From Leucoraja ocellata (Eukaryota), in the NCBI GenBank assembly GCA_036785375.1, contig JAWMAR010000063.1:8680001-8744000 (forward strand): a stretch of 64,000 nucleotides of DNA. The letters are read 5' to 3'. The notes under the pieces were generated by a model. It saw only the letters and a list, made by a program, of their open reading frames with translations, did no database searches and was not told the origin of the DNA. Both the position numbers and the translations under genes were made by a program. Of the stretch, positions 27,851-41,934 are shown in pieces (position 1 is the stretch's first letter; each line of letters opens with the position of its first letter).

Positions 27851-30289
27851 TTCGATGATGTTTCACTCTTAGAATTGAAGCATTGAAACTGGACAACCCA
27901 ATTTCTTCAACTTTATGGAAAGTGGGAAACCAGCAAGGTGAACATTAGATTTGATGACACCTGTAGTGAAAAGGGCAGTTCAAAGCAAATCAGCATCGAA
28001 GCGGTCTAGTATTGGTGTATGGAGCTAATGGAGCAGAGTAACCAATGTTGGAGAAGGAGAACAAATGGGGTCCAAAACTAATCTTACTAGGAACAATATT
28101 TTTGAGGGCATAGAAAAAGCTAACATGAATGAACATTATCCACATTTGTTTATTTTGTTTAGTTGAGTCCTATGTGACTCATGCATTTCCTGTACCGTTC
28201 TGCTCAATGGTCATGAATTAACAGCCCACTTCCTCACATTAGGAGTGGGAGTTTTAACCAAAGGGGTTATCCTCAAATTACCTCATTAACATGGCCTGAC
28301 TGTTTCAGTGCCAGCTCAGATTCTGAATGAATGCTTTAAAATTTTGATTTTACTTCTTGAGAAAATACTTTCCTCCTTGTGACCGTTTCTTTCAGCAGCT
28401 GTATTTGAAATCACTGCTGACCTTCTGACTGATTCGATTGTTCCATTTGTGATCGATAGAAACCTTATAATCCTCAACAGAATAGATAAAGGTTGAGCCC
28501 TTTAATGGAGCCCATTCTTATTAATGCATGAATGAATGCGGGGGGAACAAGTGGGGAGGCAGGGTTAGGTCTTACTCATTGCTCATTCTAATTAATATTT
28601 CACAAATTCAAAGATCAATTTGCATTACAGAAAGGTATTGCATTATAAAGGCTCAGCTACTTTGCTAATAAATGCAATGCCCAAATTGCTATTTGTACAA
28701 TCGCCAAATAAAAACCAGCAATTATCAAATGTTATGCTAAATTCACCTAATTATCCATTTTGTATCAGCTAAATTTTAAAAAGGGGTGGAGATATTGGGT
28801 ATAAACCAGATTTAGTTAAAGGACAATACGTTTCTATAATATGTTGCAGTCTTCAAGGTGACTCTGTTGATTCTTTTTTGCCTGTAGATATAACAGAACA
28901 AGTGGTTGGGTAATACTTTATGCCCAGTTCAGGATTTTGTATTTAAATATTATGCTTGGACCAAGATTCTGTCCAAGAGGAAGAAGTGGAAATGGATGGT
29001 ACAGTGGAATTTAATGCTGAGAGTTTTGTTTGGATCAGTTTACGAAGTTGGCTCTTCTTCATGTTACAGCGCAAAGCTTTTGAATTACAGAAGAAGAATT
29101 TTTCTGCTTTTTATCTGAATGGCCACTGACAGATTTATTGGCGTTTGTCTCATGGCTATTCCCCAGTGAAGCCGGCGCGGTTATTTTAATAAGTAAGATG
29201 ATTGGATTCTGACCATATTGGGGACACCACCCTTTTTATACGCTGTCGGGTTTGATTTCCTATCCTTAGCCCGTGATTTCACAATGCTGTCACTCTCCTG
29301 CACAGAGAGACAAACTAAAAAACGGAATGTAAAGATGTATTTGAACTGATAAAGAACACGACAAACAAATTTCTAGATTTCATTCAAGACTAGTACAGAA
29401 CTATAAGAATGTGTCGAGTAAATATATAAAAGCTTAATCCACCAACATATAGGATTAAGGATTCTGTTGATATGTTCCATAGCCTCTCCTTTCCTCTCTC
29501 TCTCTGACTTCATCCAGCTCAAAATCATCCAAATATGCCACATCTGTATAGTTCTGGCCTTTCGTATGTTCCAAAACTTTTGTTCCATCATTGGCAGCGG
29601 TTCTTTCAGCTGTTTCGGTTCTGAGTTTAGGATTTAGTTTCTCTCCTTGAAGACAGTGACGCTTTTCACTAAGGTTTGGGTCACCTGACTTTCTTACTTT
29701 CTCTTTAACTTAATGCTGTTTATGAAACAGCTTAGCACACGTTACAATGTTGAAGTGGGCAGTCAAAGAAAAATGTTTGTTGTGCGTGGAGGCCTGACTT
29801 GCAAATTCAACTTGGGGAAGATGCCCATTTGCCATTGCAGGCCAAAGATATTGCAAATATCGTGGAATAACACATTTAATGTCACAAGCAAATGTTTATG
29901 TTTTTTCAATAATTCTGTAAGAGATACAATGGGAAGAAATGGTCTTACTATGTTATTGATGGTGCTTGAGCAAAGGCTTTAGAATAAATTCACTTACGGT
30001 AAACCAAGATGAGAAAGTTTGATCAAAGGGAGAACTTCCCAGTCTTTGTTTGTGGAGCTACTTTTTCGTTGGGGAAAAACGGTTTCCCTGCAAAGGCCAA
30101 GTCATTGACCAGCAGTACAAATTACTGCCCACAATGCTTGAAAACTGCAAAGTTGTCTGGTTGTAAACTTTGGTTGGTTTCTCACCAGCATTGCATAAAA
30201 AGAAGGTAACTTACTGTTAGCAAAATCCCTGAGTCAAAGGTGTAGAGAATTAATTGCACTCTTGTGCAATACAACATTGACCAAATAAG

Positions 30290-30540
30290 TGGAGATGAGG
30301 AATAATTTCTTAACCAGAGGGCGGTAAATCTGTGGAATTCACTGCCACCGATGTCTGCGAAGGCCAAGGCATTGGGTATTTTTCCCAGTGGAGATAGATT
30401 AGTATGGGTGTCAAAGGTTATGGGGAGAAGGCTGGAAAATGGAGTTAAGAATGAAAAATAGATCAGCCATGATTGAATGGCAGAGTAAACTCGATGGGCT
30501 GGATGGCCTAAATCTGCTCCTATGTCTTATGGTCTTATGG
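30290..30540 (+). mobile_element. CR1 3' end with (tcttatg)n tail
   Basis: cagagggcggtaaatctgtggaattcactgccac motif and 3'UTR. Confidence 0.85.
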
Positions 30541-30614
30541 ACCATAAAGCACACCTGAGGGAATGCGACATATAGCAACAGATCACCAGCTTGGGCATTT
30601 CTCCAAAATCTAGA

Positions 30615-31020
30615 GAAGTTTCAAAGGTTTCAAAGATCTTTTATTGTCACATGTATCAATTAAGGTACAGTGATATGTGATTCACCATACAAAAAAACCC
30701 AACAAGACACACAACTACATAAAAGTTAACATAAACAGCCACCACAGCAGATTCCCCACATTCCTCACTGTGATGGAAGGCAAAAACATCCAATCTTTGC
30801 GATGTTATAGTCCCGTAGGCTCTCAAAAGTCTCCAGCAAAGGCCGCCAACTCCTCGGGAAAAAATTGCATCTCCGTCGAGGTAATAGATTCGAAAAAAGT
30901 TTCACCCCCTCCTCACCCCATAAAACAAGCTAAAGAACACTAAAAACATACACTTATCACATACCATTAAAACACTAAGAAAGAAGGGACGGACAGACTG
31001 TTGGCGAGGCAGCCATACAC
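30615..31020 (-). mobile_element. Non-autonomous retroposon with Rex/Babar-like tail
   Basis: Minus tail catgtgacaataaaag and the same stem-loop as the 20953 and 43598 elements. Confidence 0.7.
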
Positions 31021-31349
31021 CACCTACATGCAGACTTTAGGAATTTGAAATAAAACTGGAAATACTAGAAATACTCAGGATGTTTAGCAGCATCTGTGGG
31101 AGAACAACATATTTGATCTTTTATTGAAACCCACTCTATAGCCAATAAATGTTGCCCCAACTGGGAAGGTCCATATCCATAGAATAATAAAATCAAGAAT
31201 TGGAATAGTAATTGGGCTATGCAGAGAGGATCGGAGAACGCAAGGTTGTTTGCTGTTGTTGGTGATCTTCTGCCATTTTGCAGGCTTTGATATTACTACT
31301 ATTGCCAATGAGTCAGAAGGCTTGTGGTTTAAGTAAGTTACACCAGAGA

Positions 31350-31790
31350 TCAATAGAGATATTCGAGTGCAACTGGAAGGGTTGCTGTAATTTTGGAAGT
31401 GTCATCCTTCAGGTGGTGTGTTAAAATTATGTTTTGTCTAATTTCTTTGCTAAACACTCAAGATGCCATGGTAGTTTTTGAAGAAGGCAGGGAAGTTACC
31501 CTGGTGGTTTAGTCAACATAAATTCTTTAATTAACTTTACCGGACAATTAGAGTCGGTGGGATGATAATTGACTACCATTGTTTTTAACATTGCAACAAT
31601 GTTGTTTCAGAAGAAATACCATTGTACAGTTCATCTGAAGAAGGTCTCAACCCGAGATGTCTCTTATCATGTTCTCCATGGATGCTGCCTGACCTGCTGA
31701 GTTACTCCAGTACCTGGTGTCCTTGTTTTTAAATCCAGAAACACCTATTTAGCCATGTAAAAGGCATAGGGATGTTCCGTGACTGATGTC
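31350..31790 (+). mobile_element. Ancient Deu-domain SINE with PLE insertion (~31634-31740)
   Basis: aagatgccatggtagtttttgaagaaggcagggaagttaccctggtg resembles the recalled Deu-domain consensus. Confidence 0.6.
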
Positions 31791-34178
31791 AATTGTGTTA
31801 TTTAATAAAAGCCTTTCTTTCTCACTGTGACCCACGACAAAATCATGTCAAGCGCTCATTTTGTGAAAGGTTCAAACGGTGACGTGTTAGGATACGTCAG
31901 TCAGTAGGTGTCAAGGGATTTCCCAGTAGAGGTCTTATTGCCAGCTATCAAACAAATGCTTTATTTTTGAAGTTCAATGCATCGGTTTCTATGGGTTGGT
32001 CTGACAGCGAGTGATTTAAGAGCAATTTCCCCTACTGCTTTGGAGCAGTGAATGGAAAGGTGAATTCCTAATAAATTGAATTTCAATGAAGCAGTAGTTT
32101 TGTGCTGGAGAGCTCTATTTGGATTTCTTTGGAACAAGGTGTATTGTTTTTGGCAGTGAAGCAAGAATTCTGATGCTTTCCACAAATTCTAAGGAAGTTG
32201 TGTTGCAAATTTCTATAATCGCATGGCAAAATATCCATTGGGGTGACAGTAGTCCTTCTATAAAAGCTTCTATGAGGCAATCCTTCAAGAAATAATGTAC
32301 ATTTTCAATAAAATTCCTTCTTGGGATGTAGGAATCAATGCACCGGGCTCTTAAATGATTGCAGATTTAGCTGGTCCCATTTTCTGACCATCAGAACAGT
32401 AAATTAGACCTCAACATTTCTAGGAAGGAAGGTGTAAATGTTAAATAAGGTTTCTTGGTCCTGATCATTGTCCGGCGACATTTTCAGGAAAATGTACTTG
32501 TTTGGACATCATCAGGTGAAGGTCTGACTCCAAATACCAAAATAATCGCTTGATGCTCTCCGTATGATCTCGGTAATGACAGAGTAGATGGAGATGGAAG
32601 GGCAACTCGAATTATTAGGTTTACATTTAGTTTTTATTGTTATTGCAACGTGTACCGAGGTACATAATGAAAGCTTTGTTTTGCATGCTGTCCAAAAAGG
32701 TCAGATAACACTATATGTAAATGAAGTCAAACTCGTACATTAAGTAGAGCAAAGGGGAAGATACAGAGCGCAGAATATAGTTCTCAACATTGTAGCACAT
32801 CAGTTCCATAGACCAAGTCCAATGGCCACAATGGGGTAGGGCATATTGGAAATATACCCCAAAATGATATAGAATCCTTAGCTCACAGAAGAATTAAAAC
32901 AATAAGGTACACATCAAACGTTCCTCATTTGTCCCTTTATCCATCTTTGTCACTTTTAAGGGTTCAAATAATTATAATACAATATGTCTGTAAATGATTA
33001 CGAATTGTATGGCAGGTCATGATGTGCACTTGTGAATCAAAGAATGGAAATCACAAAACATTGTCACATAAAAGTAACTCATTGATTTGATTCAGAGCAG
33101 ATAGAAAAAAAACAATTTAAAAGTTCCAGTCTCAAAACTTCAGGAATGAGTTTGAATTTTTATTAACAACATTAAATCTCTACCAGTCATTCGTTGGAAG
33201 GTGGGAAACTTAAAGCAGAGACACTACTGTTCGCTGTGGTATTATTGCTTCCTGATTTAATATCAAAATTTGAAAGGAATTCTGTTGATGGGGTAGGGGG
33301 CGGAAGTGGAATTTTCTGACTGAAAATTTGAAATATACTTTAGAAGAAAAATATATACAGACAGAAAGAGTAGTTCCTTGAAAAATTAATACAGCCACAA
33401 TTAGCCAAGAGGCTTCCTACTGGCTAGAGATTTGGTGAGATTTCTGATACTGATAAGAACTTCCAAAATTAATTCAAATGATTCGTCGTCACAAAACTTT
33501 TATTTCTTCACAAAATGGTTAATCCATCCATACTGTGTGTGTGTGTGTGTGTATGTGTTGGTTTGTTCTTATTTAGGAGTTGCAATGGGGTAGTAAGCAG
33601 GCTGATTGTGAATAGGTTGGTTTGGATTGGATTGTAGTGAGGAATTGTTGGACAGCTTCCAAGTTGTTCGTTTGGTAAGTTTGAGAGTATATTCACTAAA
33701 AAGTATTGTAAAGTTCTCCAGGTCTATACATTTCTCATATTAATTGCTTATATCCGTGTACCTCCGTTCCTGCCTCTGCTCTAAGATCTTTGGTTGTTGC
33801 ATTCTCTCACCCATTCTGAAGCCATTGTCTCCTGCTGTGAATATTCATACCATTCACTTTCTCCATACCTTTGCTTTTCTGAGTGAGAAGAGAGATGCTT
33901 ATATTTTGTGGGGAGATGCATTGACATTTTGTGTAGTGTTTAGTAGGCTATTTGACTTTGGATGAAACACAGCTAAACCCAATCTTTTATTTATCACCTA
34001 ACATTTATACACATGCTATATCTGTTCAGGGTTGCTGAAATTCAATTTCCTAGCCAAGGGTTATCTTTGTCTATGTTTATCCCCGTCAAATCTGAGGTTA
34101 GAAAACAACAATGATGGGCCAATATAACTTTCAACTCAAAAACAGAAATTTGCTAAAGAAATTGCCTTGGTATTAACA

Positions 34179-34346
34179 TGTAGGAAGGAACTGTAGATGC
34201 TAGTTTACACCCAACATAGACACAAAATGCTTGAGTAACTCAGCGGGACAGGCAGCAACTGAATGGAAGAAATGGGAAACGTCACCCATTCCTTCTATAC
34301 AGAGATGCTGCCTGTCCCGCTGAGTTACTCCAGCATTTTGTATTCA
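34179..34346. mobile_element. PLE fold-back element, 16-bp TSD
   Basis: TGCCTTGGTATTAACA at 34163-34178 and 34347-34362; inverted arms. Confidence 0.92.
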
Positions 34347-35644
34347 TGCCTTGGTATTAACAACGTATAGATTTGAAAAACAGCTATATGATTTGCTGCC
34401 ACTGTTGAAAATGATGTTATTGTACAGAGCAGCATTTCAATTCTCAATGTAGACCTGTAACTATTTGCTTCTTGAGCTATTCATATTGCCCATACCCCAG
34501 GGAATTAAAAAAAATGTTTATATTGAGCCCAACCATAGAATAACATCTTAACTGAGACTAACTTTAGCATTTCCCCCACACCTACGCCCTGGGCCTAACC
34601 TTCTCTCACGAAACACATTGCTACCGCAGTCAAAGTCCTGAAATGCAAAGAGATCAAAATTAAACAATTTCATAGTTCATTTTGAACCTCCTGGAAACTT
34701 AAAACTCTGAGACTGAACAGCGATTTAAGAATGTACACAGTGATTCAAGAATGTTTATAAAGCAGCAAAAACCACTTTTCAACAAAAAAATCTAATGCTA
34801 TAAATCCAGACATATGGTTTTAATTCACTTATAGCACCTTGATGGTGCATTAATGTTCATTTTTACTCTAGTTTTGTTTAATGCACCCACAAGATCACAC
34901 AACTTTACTCAATAATAATATATTTTCTGTAACGTGCTTTGACACTAACATACAATTAAGGCTCAGCTATCTGGTTAGGCTGCGGGCCAAACACTTAATG
35001 TACCCAAACCTGCCAAAGTTATTCGAACATCACTGATGTCTTTTATTCTGGATGAATCAGGTAAAATGTGTGGGAAATTTGATGGATTCTGAAAGCCACG
35101 GATTAGCTTTTAATGCCAACTGTCTTAGTTTTTACAGACTGGGTTGTTAAACATAATTGCTTGCAGAAGAGTTCTCTGTGGATCCTTGAATCTTGGCAAC
35201 AAAGTACATAGGTTCCAACATATCAGGGGAGGTTTCTGCTAAATATTTGCCTAATTTCAGCATTATTGGTCACTTCTGTGGAGAGACCTCATATTCCCCA
35301 TAATCTGGATGGGTGCCTTTTTCTACCCGATATTTAACTAAATATCAGTGAAACATTGAGATTGAAATAAAGAAATGTAAGATTGTGCTGCAATTATTGG
35401 AGAGTAGATTCCATGTGATTCTCTGCATTGGAAAGTGAATTGATTTTCTCCCTCTTCTTGTTACAACCTGACCTGGGTTTAGAATCAATAAATAGTGTTA
35501 TTCCTAACAGACAAGTGACAAACGATATTTTGTTTAACAAGATATGTTTTATATTCTGTAACTTTCCTGATATATTAAATAATAAAGATGATTCTTGCTC
35601 GCAAAATCAAAGCAAAATGTTATATGCAGTGCCAGTCCAAATAT

Positions 35645-35945
35645 GATTAGATTAGAGTAGAGTTTAGTTTAGATGTACAGTGTGGAAACAGGCCCTTCGG
35701 CCCACTGGATCCGTGCTGACAAACGGTCATCCGTGGACAAGTTCCATCCAACACACTAGGGACAATTTACGGAAGCCAATTAACCTACAATTAACCTGCC
35801 TGCACGTGTTTGGAGTGTGGGAGGAAACTGGAGCACCCAGAGAAAACCCACGCTGTCACAGGGAGAATGTACAAACTGCGTACAGACTGCACCCGTGGTC
35901 AGGATTGAACCCGGGTCTCTGGCGCTAAGGCCGCAGTGCCACTCT
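35645..35945 (-). mobile_element. HE1-like tRNA-derived SINE, near full length
   Basis: Minus head with B-box-like GGTTCAATCC, conserved body and CR1-derived tail. Confidence 0.88.
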
Positions 35946-36529
35946 GCCCCTATTTCAGCCATAACATTCCCATCTTATGTCAATGGTATTAATATGTGGT
36001 GATGAAAATGAAATATAACCCTGAGTTTTCATCAGAGATTCTCCGAGGACAGTTGTATGATCGGCTGTTTACCCAACACAAACGTTAACAAGCTGCTCTC
36101 AGAACAGAAAGTTGGCTCCATACTGCTTTCACAGACGTGATTATCCACAGATTTCCAGTAATTAACACGTTTTAAACAATCATTTAACATGGATTGTAGA
36201 ATATATCTATTCATACAATGCAATTATCTAGAAATAAACCCTGAACACTAATCATACTTTTCATTCTTCTCCCTTTTAAGCAGTCCCTCCTTTTTGAGGA
36301 TAATTTGCACCATCTCAACTTCTGTAGGTTCTGGAAAGGCAGCTTTATTTTTTTGCAACAACACTAACTTTGAATTGATATCAAATAAGGTGGTGCTAAA
36401 TCATGTAAATGACTTCAAATTAAGTTGTGCGATTATGGACAAGAACTCAGGCAAGAATCTTAATAGCACTGATGTTAATAGCAAGAATCTTAACAGCTTT
36501 GATATGCACAGGGATCTTAGGATTTAAGT

Positions 36530-36885
36530 CCTGAAAGGGGTAACACAAGTAGACAGAGTTGTAAAGATGCATGGCGTGCTTGCCTTCATCAGTTGGTGAA
36601 TTGAGTTATATGTGTCAGGAATTCATATCGCAGCTTTATAGGACTTTAGTTAGGCCACATTTGTAGTATTGTGTGCAGTTTTCGTCACCCAATTAAAGGG
36701 AAAATGTGGAGGCTTTGGAGACGGAACAGAAGAGATTTACCAGAATTCTACCTGGATTAGAAGGTATTACTTAAAAGGAGAGGTTGGACGAATTTAGATT
36801 GTTTTCTATGGAGTGTCAGAGGCTGAAGAGAGCTCTAATAGCAGTATATAAAATTATGAGGTAAATAGATAGGGGAGACAGTTAG
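36530..36885 (+). mobile_element. CR1 ORF2 fragment
   Basis: Reads YRTLVRPHL*YCVQF...RRFTRILPGL. Confidence 0.85.
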
Positions 36886-36934
36886 AATTTTTGGTTGTTC
36901 TGCGCCCCCTGAAATGCTATCTGCTCTGAGGGAG

Positions 36935-37232
36935 ACATAGTTGTGGAGTTCTGGAGGCAGCGCCAGAGACCCGGGTTCGATCCTGACCTCAGGTGTTGTC
37001 TGCGTAGAGTTTTCACATTCTCACAGTGACCCCGGGGTTCCACCAGGTTCTCCAATTTCCTCACATATCCCAAAGATGGGTGGGTTTGTAGGTTGATTGG
37101 CCTGTGTAAAATTGTCCCTCGTGTGTAGGGAGTGGATGGGAAAGTGGGATAACATAGAATTTGTGCGAATGGGGGTGATCGGTGGTCAACGTGGGCTGAC
37201 GGGCCTGTTTCCATGCTGTATCTTTCAAATCT
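36935..37232 (+). mobile_element. HE1-like SINE
   Basis: cagcgccagagacccgggttcgatcctgacc head; gggcctgtttccatgctgtatct tail. Confidence 0.88.
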
Positions 37233-37359
37233 AAAACATAACTTTTTAAGGTGCAGCCTCTTGGCTGAAGGTGCAATACCACAGAGTCAGGGCAACAGGA
37301 CAGTGCAATCCTGAGTGGTGTAATAATGCTTGAACTGCGGAATAGCACAGGTATCCAGT

Positions 37360-37765
37360 CTATGGGGTCTATCCAGTTTATCGCAGTCGCTGCCTCAAAA
37401 AGGCTGTCAGTATCATCAAAGACCCACACCATCCTGGCCACACACTCATCTCCCTGCTACCTTCAGGTAGAAGGTACAGGAGCCTGAAGACTGCAACGAC
37501 CAGGTTCAGGAATAGCTACTTCCCCATCAAGCTATTAAACCTGGCTCGGACAAAACTCTGAACATTAATAACCCATTACCTGTTATTTGCACTTTATCAG
37601 TTTATTTATTCATGTGTGTATATATTTATATAATGGTATATGGACACACTGATCTGTTTTGTAGTCAATGCCTACTATGTTCTGTTGTGCTGAAGCAAAG
37701 CAAGAATTTCATTGTCCTATCAGGGACACATGACGATAAACTCACTTGGACTTAAACTTGAACCT
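37360..37765 (+). mobile_element. Rex1/Babar-type LINE 3' end
   Basis: Reads YRSRCLKKAVSIIKDPHHPGHTLISLLPSGRRYRSLKTATTRFRNSYFP; (acttga)n-like tail. Confidence 0.85.
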
Positions 37766-38577
37766 AGCCCGAGGGGAACTGAAGATCAAGTGCGTCAACA
37801 ATGATGCCATCTCAGTTGCAGAGACAAAGGCTAAGCAGCCTGCTACCATATATGACGTTTTTCAATGTATGGAGAAGTACCGAGCGTACCGTTGTGAAAT
37901 AGCTACAAGAGGTTCAGTTGGGTCAGTCAGTCGGGAAATCCTGAGTATGATTATGACCAACGTTAAAGAGGTAATTGAGCCGACCCATGAACCCTGATTC
38001 TTCCCCCCCCCCCCACCCCCACCCACCCCCACCACAGATGCTGCCTGACTTGCTGAGTATTTGTATCCGTTTCAGTTTTGTCCCCATATTAGATACATTA
38101 TAGATCTTGAAGGGATTGAACTGCTTTTGATGTTGCAGGCGTAGAAACCCACCACTATTAGAGCTGGAAGGTATTATTTCAAAATTGGAATGCAGTCAAA
38201 GGAATGGAGATTTTGTATTTTGATTCCAAGTTGTATTCTCCTTTCAAGCTGCCTCCCAAATCCCAGATCCATTAAAATGATCCAAAGGACTTTGCAATCT
38301 ATCAAAAGTTTGGCGTTTCGAGTGCTGCTGGGAGCAGGCATAGCAGGCCCTTTGTACAGGCATGCTGCACTGTGGAGGGTCCTTTTCCACTGTCTGCTTT
38401 TCTATCCCAGCCCTCCACGGTGTTGTGAGATGGACTAAATGCCAGCATTCATGCTCGGGGCTTTTTAAGTGCCTCATAGCAGAATCCAGGAGTGGGTGAC
38501 AGATTTTGGATCTCGAATGGTGCAGTTATTGGAGAGTGCCTCACATCTATTTCCATCTTTGATTCAGGTCGTAGGAG

Positions 38578-38842
38578 TGTTGTGTGTGTGTTTGTGTGTG
38601 TTTGAGAGCAAGTGAATAGCTGGGGGCTGGAACTGGTTGTAGAGTGAGTGTGCCACTGAGTGATGAGAGCCCTGTGTTTACCTCTGACTGACTTAATGTG
38701 AGTGTTGTCTGTGTGTGAGAGAGAGTGGGAGCAAACGGAAACATTGTGCATAAGGAATTGCTGAATGAAAGCACTGTGTGTTCGTACTGAGTACAGCATT
38801 AGAGAGTGATAGCGTGCGTGTGTGTGTGTGCGTGTGTGTGTT
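38578..38842. repeat. GT-rich low-complexity region with (GT)n runs
   Basis: Interrupted TG repeats. Confidence 0.7.
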
Positions 38843-39274
38843 TTCATTGCGCAGGAGTTCTGTCACTTAGCATTGTCTGTTCCAGCATCACGTGTCTATA
38901 AACCGATGTTTCCTGATGCACAGTGCAATTACATACTTTCCATCCTCAAATCCTGCCACACCAGAAACTTGACCGGCTGCTTTGTGTCAGTAGTGGTTGT
39001 GCCGATCAGCTATTTTCAATAAGTATTTAATGACACAATTCCTGGGGGGAAAGCACATCTAAGGCTGGCTTCATGTTCCCACAGCCAGGCAGCCCGAGGT
39101 CCCTTGGAAATTGTGAATTAGCAGAGCAATCTGATGGTAAAAATGAGACCAAATTGACCCGCGTTACATTTACCTTTCGTCACTCGTAAGCAAAATAGGT
39201 TTTTATGACCCTACTGGCTCTGCGGGGGTCTCCGTGATCAGAGCCGAACTCAACACGAGGAATGAGGCTCAGGT

Positions 39275-39397
39275 ATGTCTCAACCCGAAACGTCACCTAT
39301 TCCGGCTCTCCAGAGATGCTGCCTGTCCCGCTGAGTCACTCCAGCTTTTTGTGGCTATCTTCGGTATAAACCAGCATCTGCAGTTCCTTCCTACACA
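39275..39397 (+). mobile_element. PLE 3' end starting within stem II of the core
   Basis: gtctcaacccgaaacgtcacctattcc...cagttccttcctacaca. Confidence 0.85.
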
Positions 39398-39989
39398 GTC
39401 TTATAAGGTTGCCTATCTTATTGGTTCATTATAACATGCAAAATTGGAAAAAGGAGTTACAATTCACAGATAGTGAAATAGGGTTTCATGAACTTTCTAC
39501 ATTTGGCCACTGTTATACCTCAGCTGCTATGTGTTTGAGCTGGAAGACGTCACTTACTGGGGTTGTTTTGTTCTCCTTGCATAAGTGCACTGCAGCTGAC
39601 CTCACACCTAAATCGCACAGCATAATGTGGATTGATGAGAAGTTAAAACGGTTTGCGGCAATGCACACTCATAAGTAGCATTCACTGATAAGAGTTTGCA
39701 ATTATACTGTGTTAGTAATACAAGAACCAGTGTTTGTATCCCACATTAACTCCCTTCCAACCCTCAATGTAATTCAGAAAGCAAAAGCAATATTCAATGC
39801 ATTACAGGGCCGTAAAAACACAAAGTACATGGCTTCACACTTTAGACTGATTGGATTGTGCAGAAATAATGGAACTGCAACTAGATTTGGAAACAGAACG
39901 ATGGAGAGGTTAGGGATAAGATGACAAAAAAGTCAAAAGATAACACCATCAGTTCAACAGGAGATAACTCAAATAGCCTAATATTCACT

Positions 39990-40900
39990 ATCCTAGAGTT
40001 ATCGAGCACAGAAGTTAATCCTTCAGCCCACCACATCCATGCTGACATTTTTTCCCATCTACGCTAATCTATGTGCATGAACAAGGATCATATCATGTGC
40101 CATGCCTTTTTTAAGTTTCTGCCTAAATATTTCTTGAACATTTAATTGTATGTGACTTCATCACCTCCCCTGACAGCAAGTTCCAGATTCCAACCACTCC
40201 ATTAGTAAACCATTTTCCTCTTAAATCTTCTTTGAAAACCTTTCTTTTACCTTAAATGTCTTGTTTTGGATACACCTACCAGAGGAAAACATTTGGCCTA
40301 TCTTTCCTACTTATGCCCCTTATAAACAAACGCCTCTTTCAGGTCAACCTTCAACTTCCTTCCTCTTGGATAAATAACCTCAGCCTATCCAATCTCTCTG
40401 CATAATGAGTGGTCTCCATTCCAGGTGACGTACTGATGAATCTGCTTTGCACTTTCTCCAGAACAATCTCATTCTTGCTATAGTGTGGTGACCAAAACTG
40501 CACATAATGCACTAAGTGCAGCCAACCAGTGTTTTGCAAAATATCAAAACAACATCCCAACGTTTACATTCTATACCCTAATCTATGATGGTAAGGATGT
40601 CCTATGCTTCTTCATCATCTTCCTTCATGTATTGTCACTTTCCAGGAACTATGGACATGCATATCCCTTTTCACCGTTCCATTTACTGTATATGCCCTAC
40701 CCTCATTTGACTTCCAAAACTGCATCATCTCACGCTAATCAGGATTAAATTCCTTGCCAATGTTCTGCCCAACTTTCTATCTGACCTCTACCCTGCTATA
40801 GCCATAGACAACCTTTCTCACAATGCACAATGCGCCAACATTTATGTCATCCACAGACTTAGTAACCATACCTCCTGCAATCATGTACAAGTGGTTAATA
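39990..40900 (-). mobile_element. Degenerate CR1 LINE (~0.9 kb)
   Basis: ORF 40351-40560 HYVQFWSPHYSK..LEKVQSRF...YAERLDRLRLF. Confidence 0.85.
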
Positions 40901-41934
40901 CAGTACATATCACAGCTAACAATCTCAGTACTTGGTTGTGTGAACTGAAGATCATTCTCGCACTATGTTTCATACGCCTGGTGGATCTACCTAGGAATGC
41001 TTATGATTATTTGGTTGACAACAACTCCAGATGTTGGTGAATCTACAATAGGTAAATAATAATACTGATACAAGGGAATACTCAAATATGAGAAAATGTG
41101 TCAAAATTGTAAAATCATGTGGCACAAATAAATTATGATGGAGACAGTGATGTATGAAAGATGCATATATATGAATAGAGTGTTTGCATCAGATGTCCTT
41201 TGGGAATGTGTGTTGTATTACATTCCATTTATTAGGAATAGATCAATGATACTTTATTATTACATGTACCTAGGCTATGTGAAATTCCTTCTTTTATATA
41301 CAGTTCAGTAAAAATCTTAATTTTCACAGGTGCAAGCCACACTGAAGTACAAGAGCGTAGGTACGGTAGATTACACTGAGACAATACACAAGAGTCACTA
41401 TGTTTCTGGTGCAATTCCGTGTGATTCATGTCCAAAGGCGTTAACAACCCAGAGTCTTATCTTTGCCGTGAGGTTCATTGTCCCAGCGGCGCCACTAGGC
41501 CAGGCGATGTTCTTGTAGCCAGAATGGACACAATGGGGTGATTGCTTCCCCTCGTGTCATGGTAAGTGGATGAGGACAAGGAGTTGGAATGGGATTTGCA
41601 GAGACAGGGATCATCAGCCCAACAAAGGGACAGAGAATGGATACAGAGAATTGGGGACTCCCACATTCCACTGTAAGCAGTAGTTACTAGTAAGTGGTGT
41701 AATGTGATGGAGATGTTACATGCGACACCTATCATAGCATTAGACTCATAACATTATTGTAATGCTTGTGTTCAAGAATATATTTCAATATAGGATTAAC
41801 AATTTTTAAAAATATTACATTTTCAAACATATTTTACCAATGAACTGGATTATTATCATTCAATGTCTCAGATATAAATGGTTAAACATTCTGATTAGAA
41901 AAATGTGTGCATTTCAACTTTACACAAGATTTCA

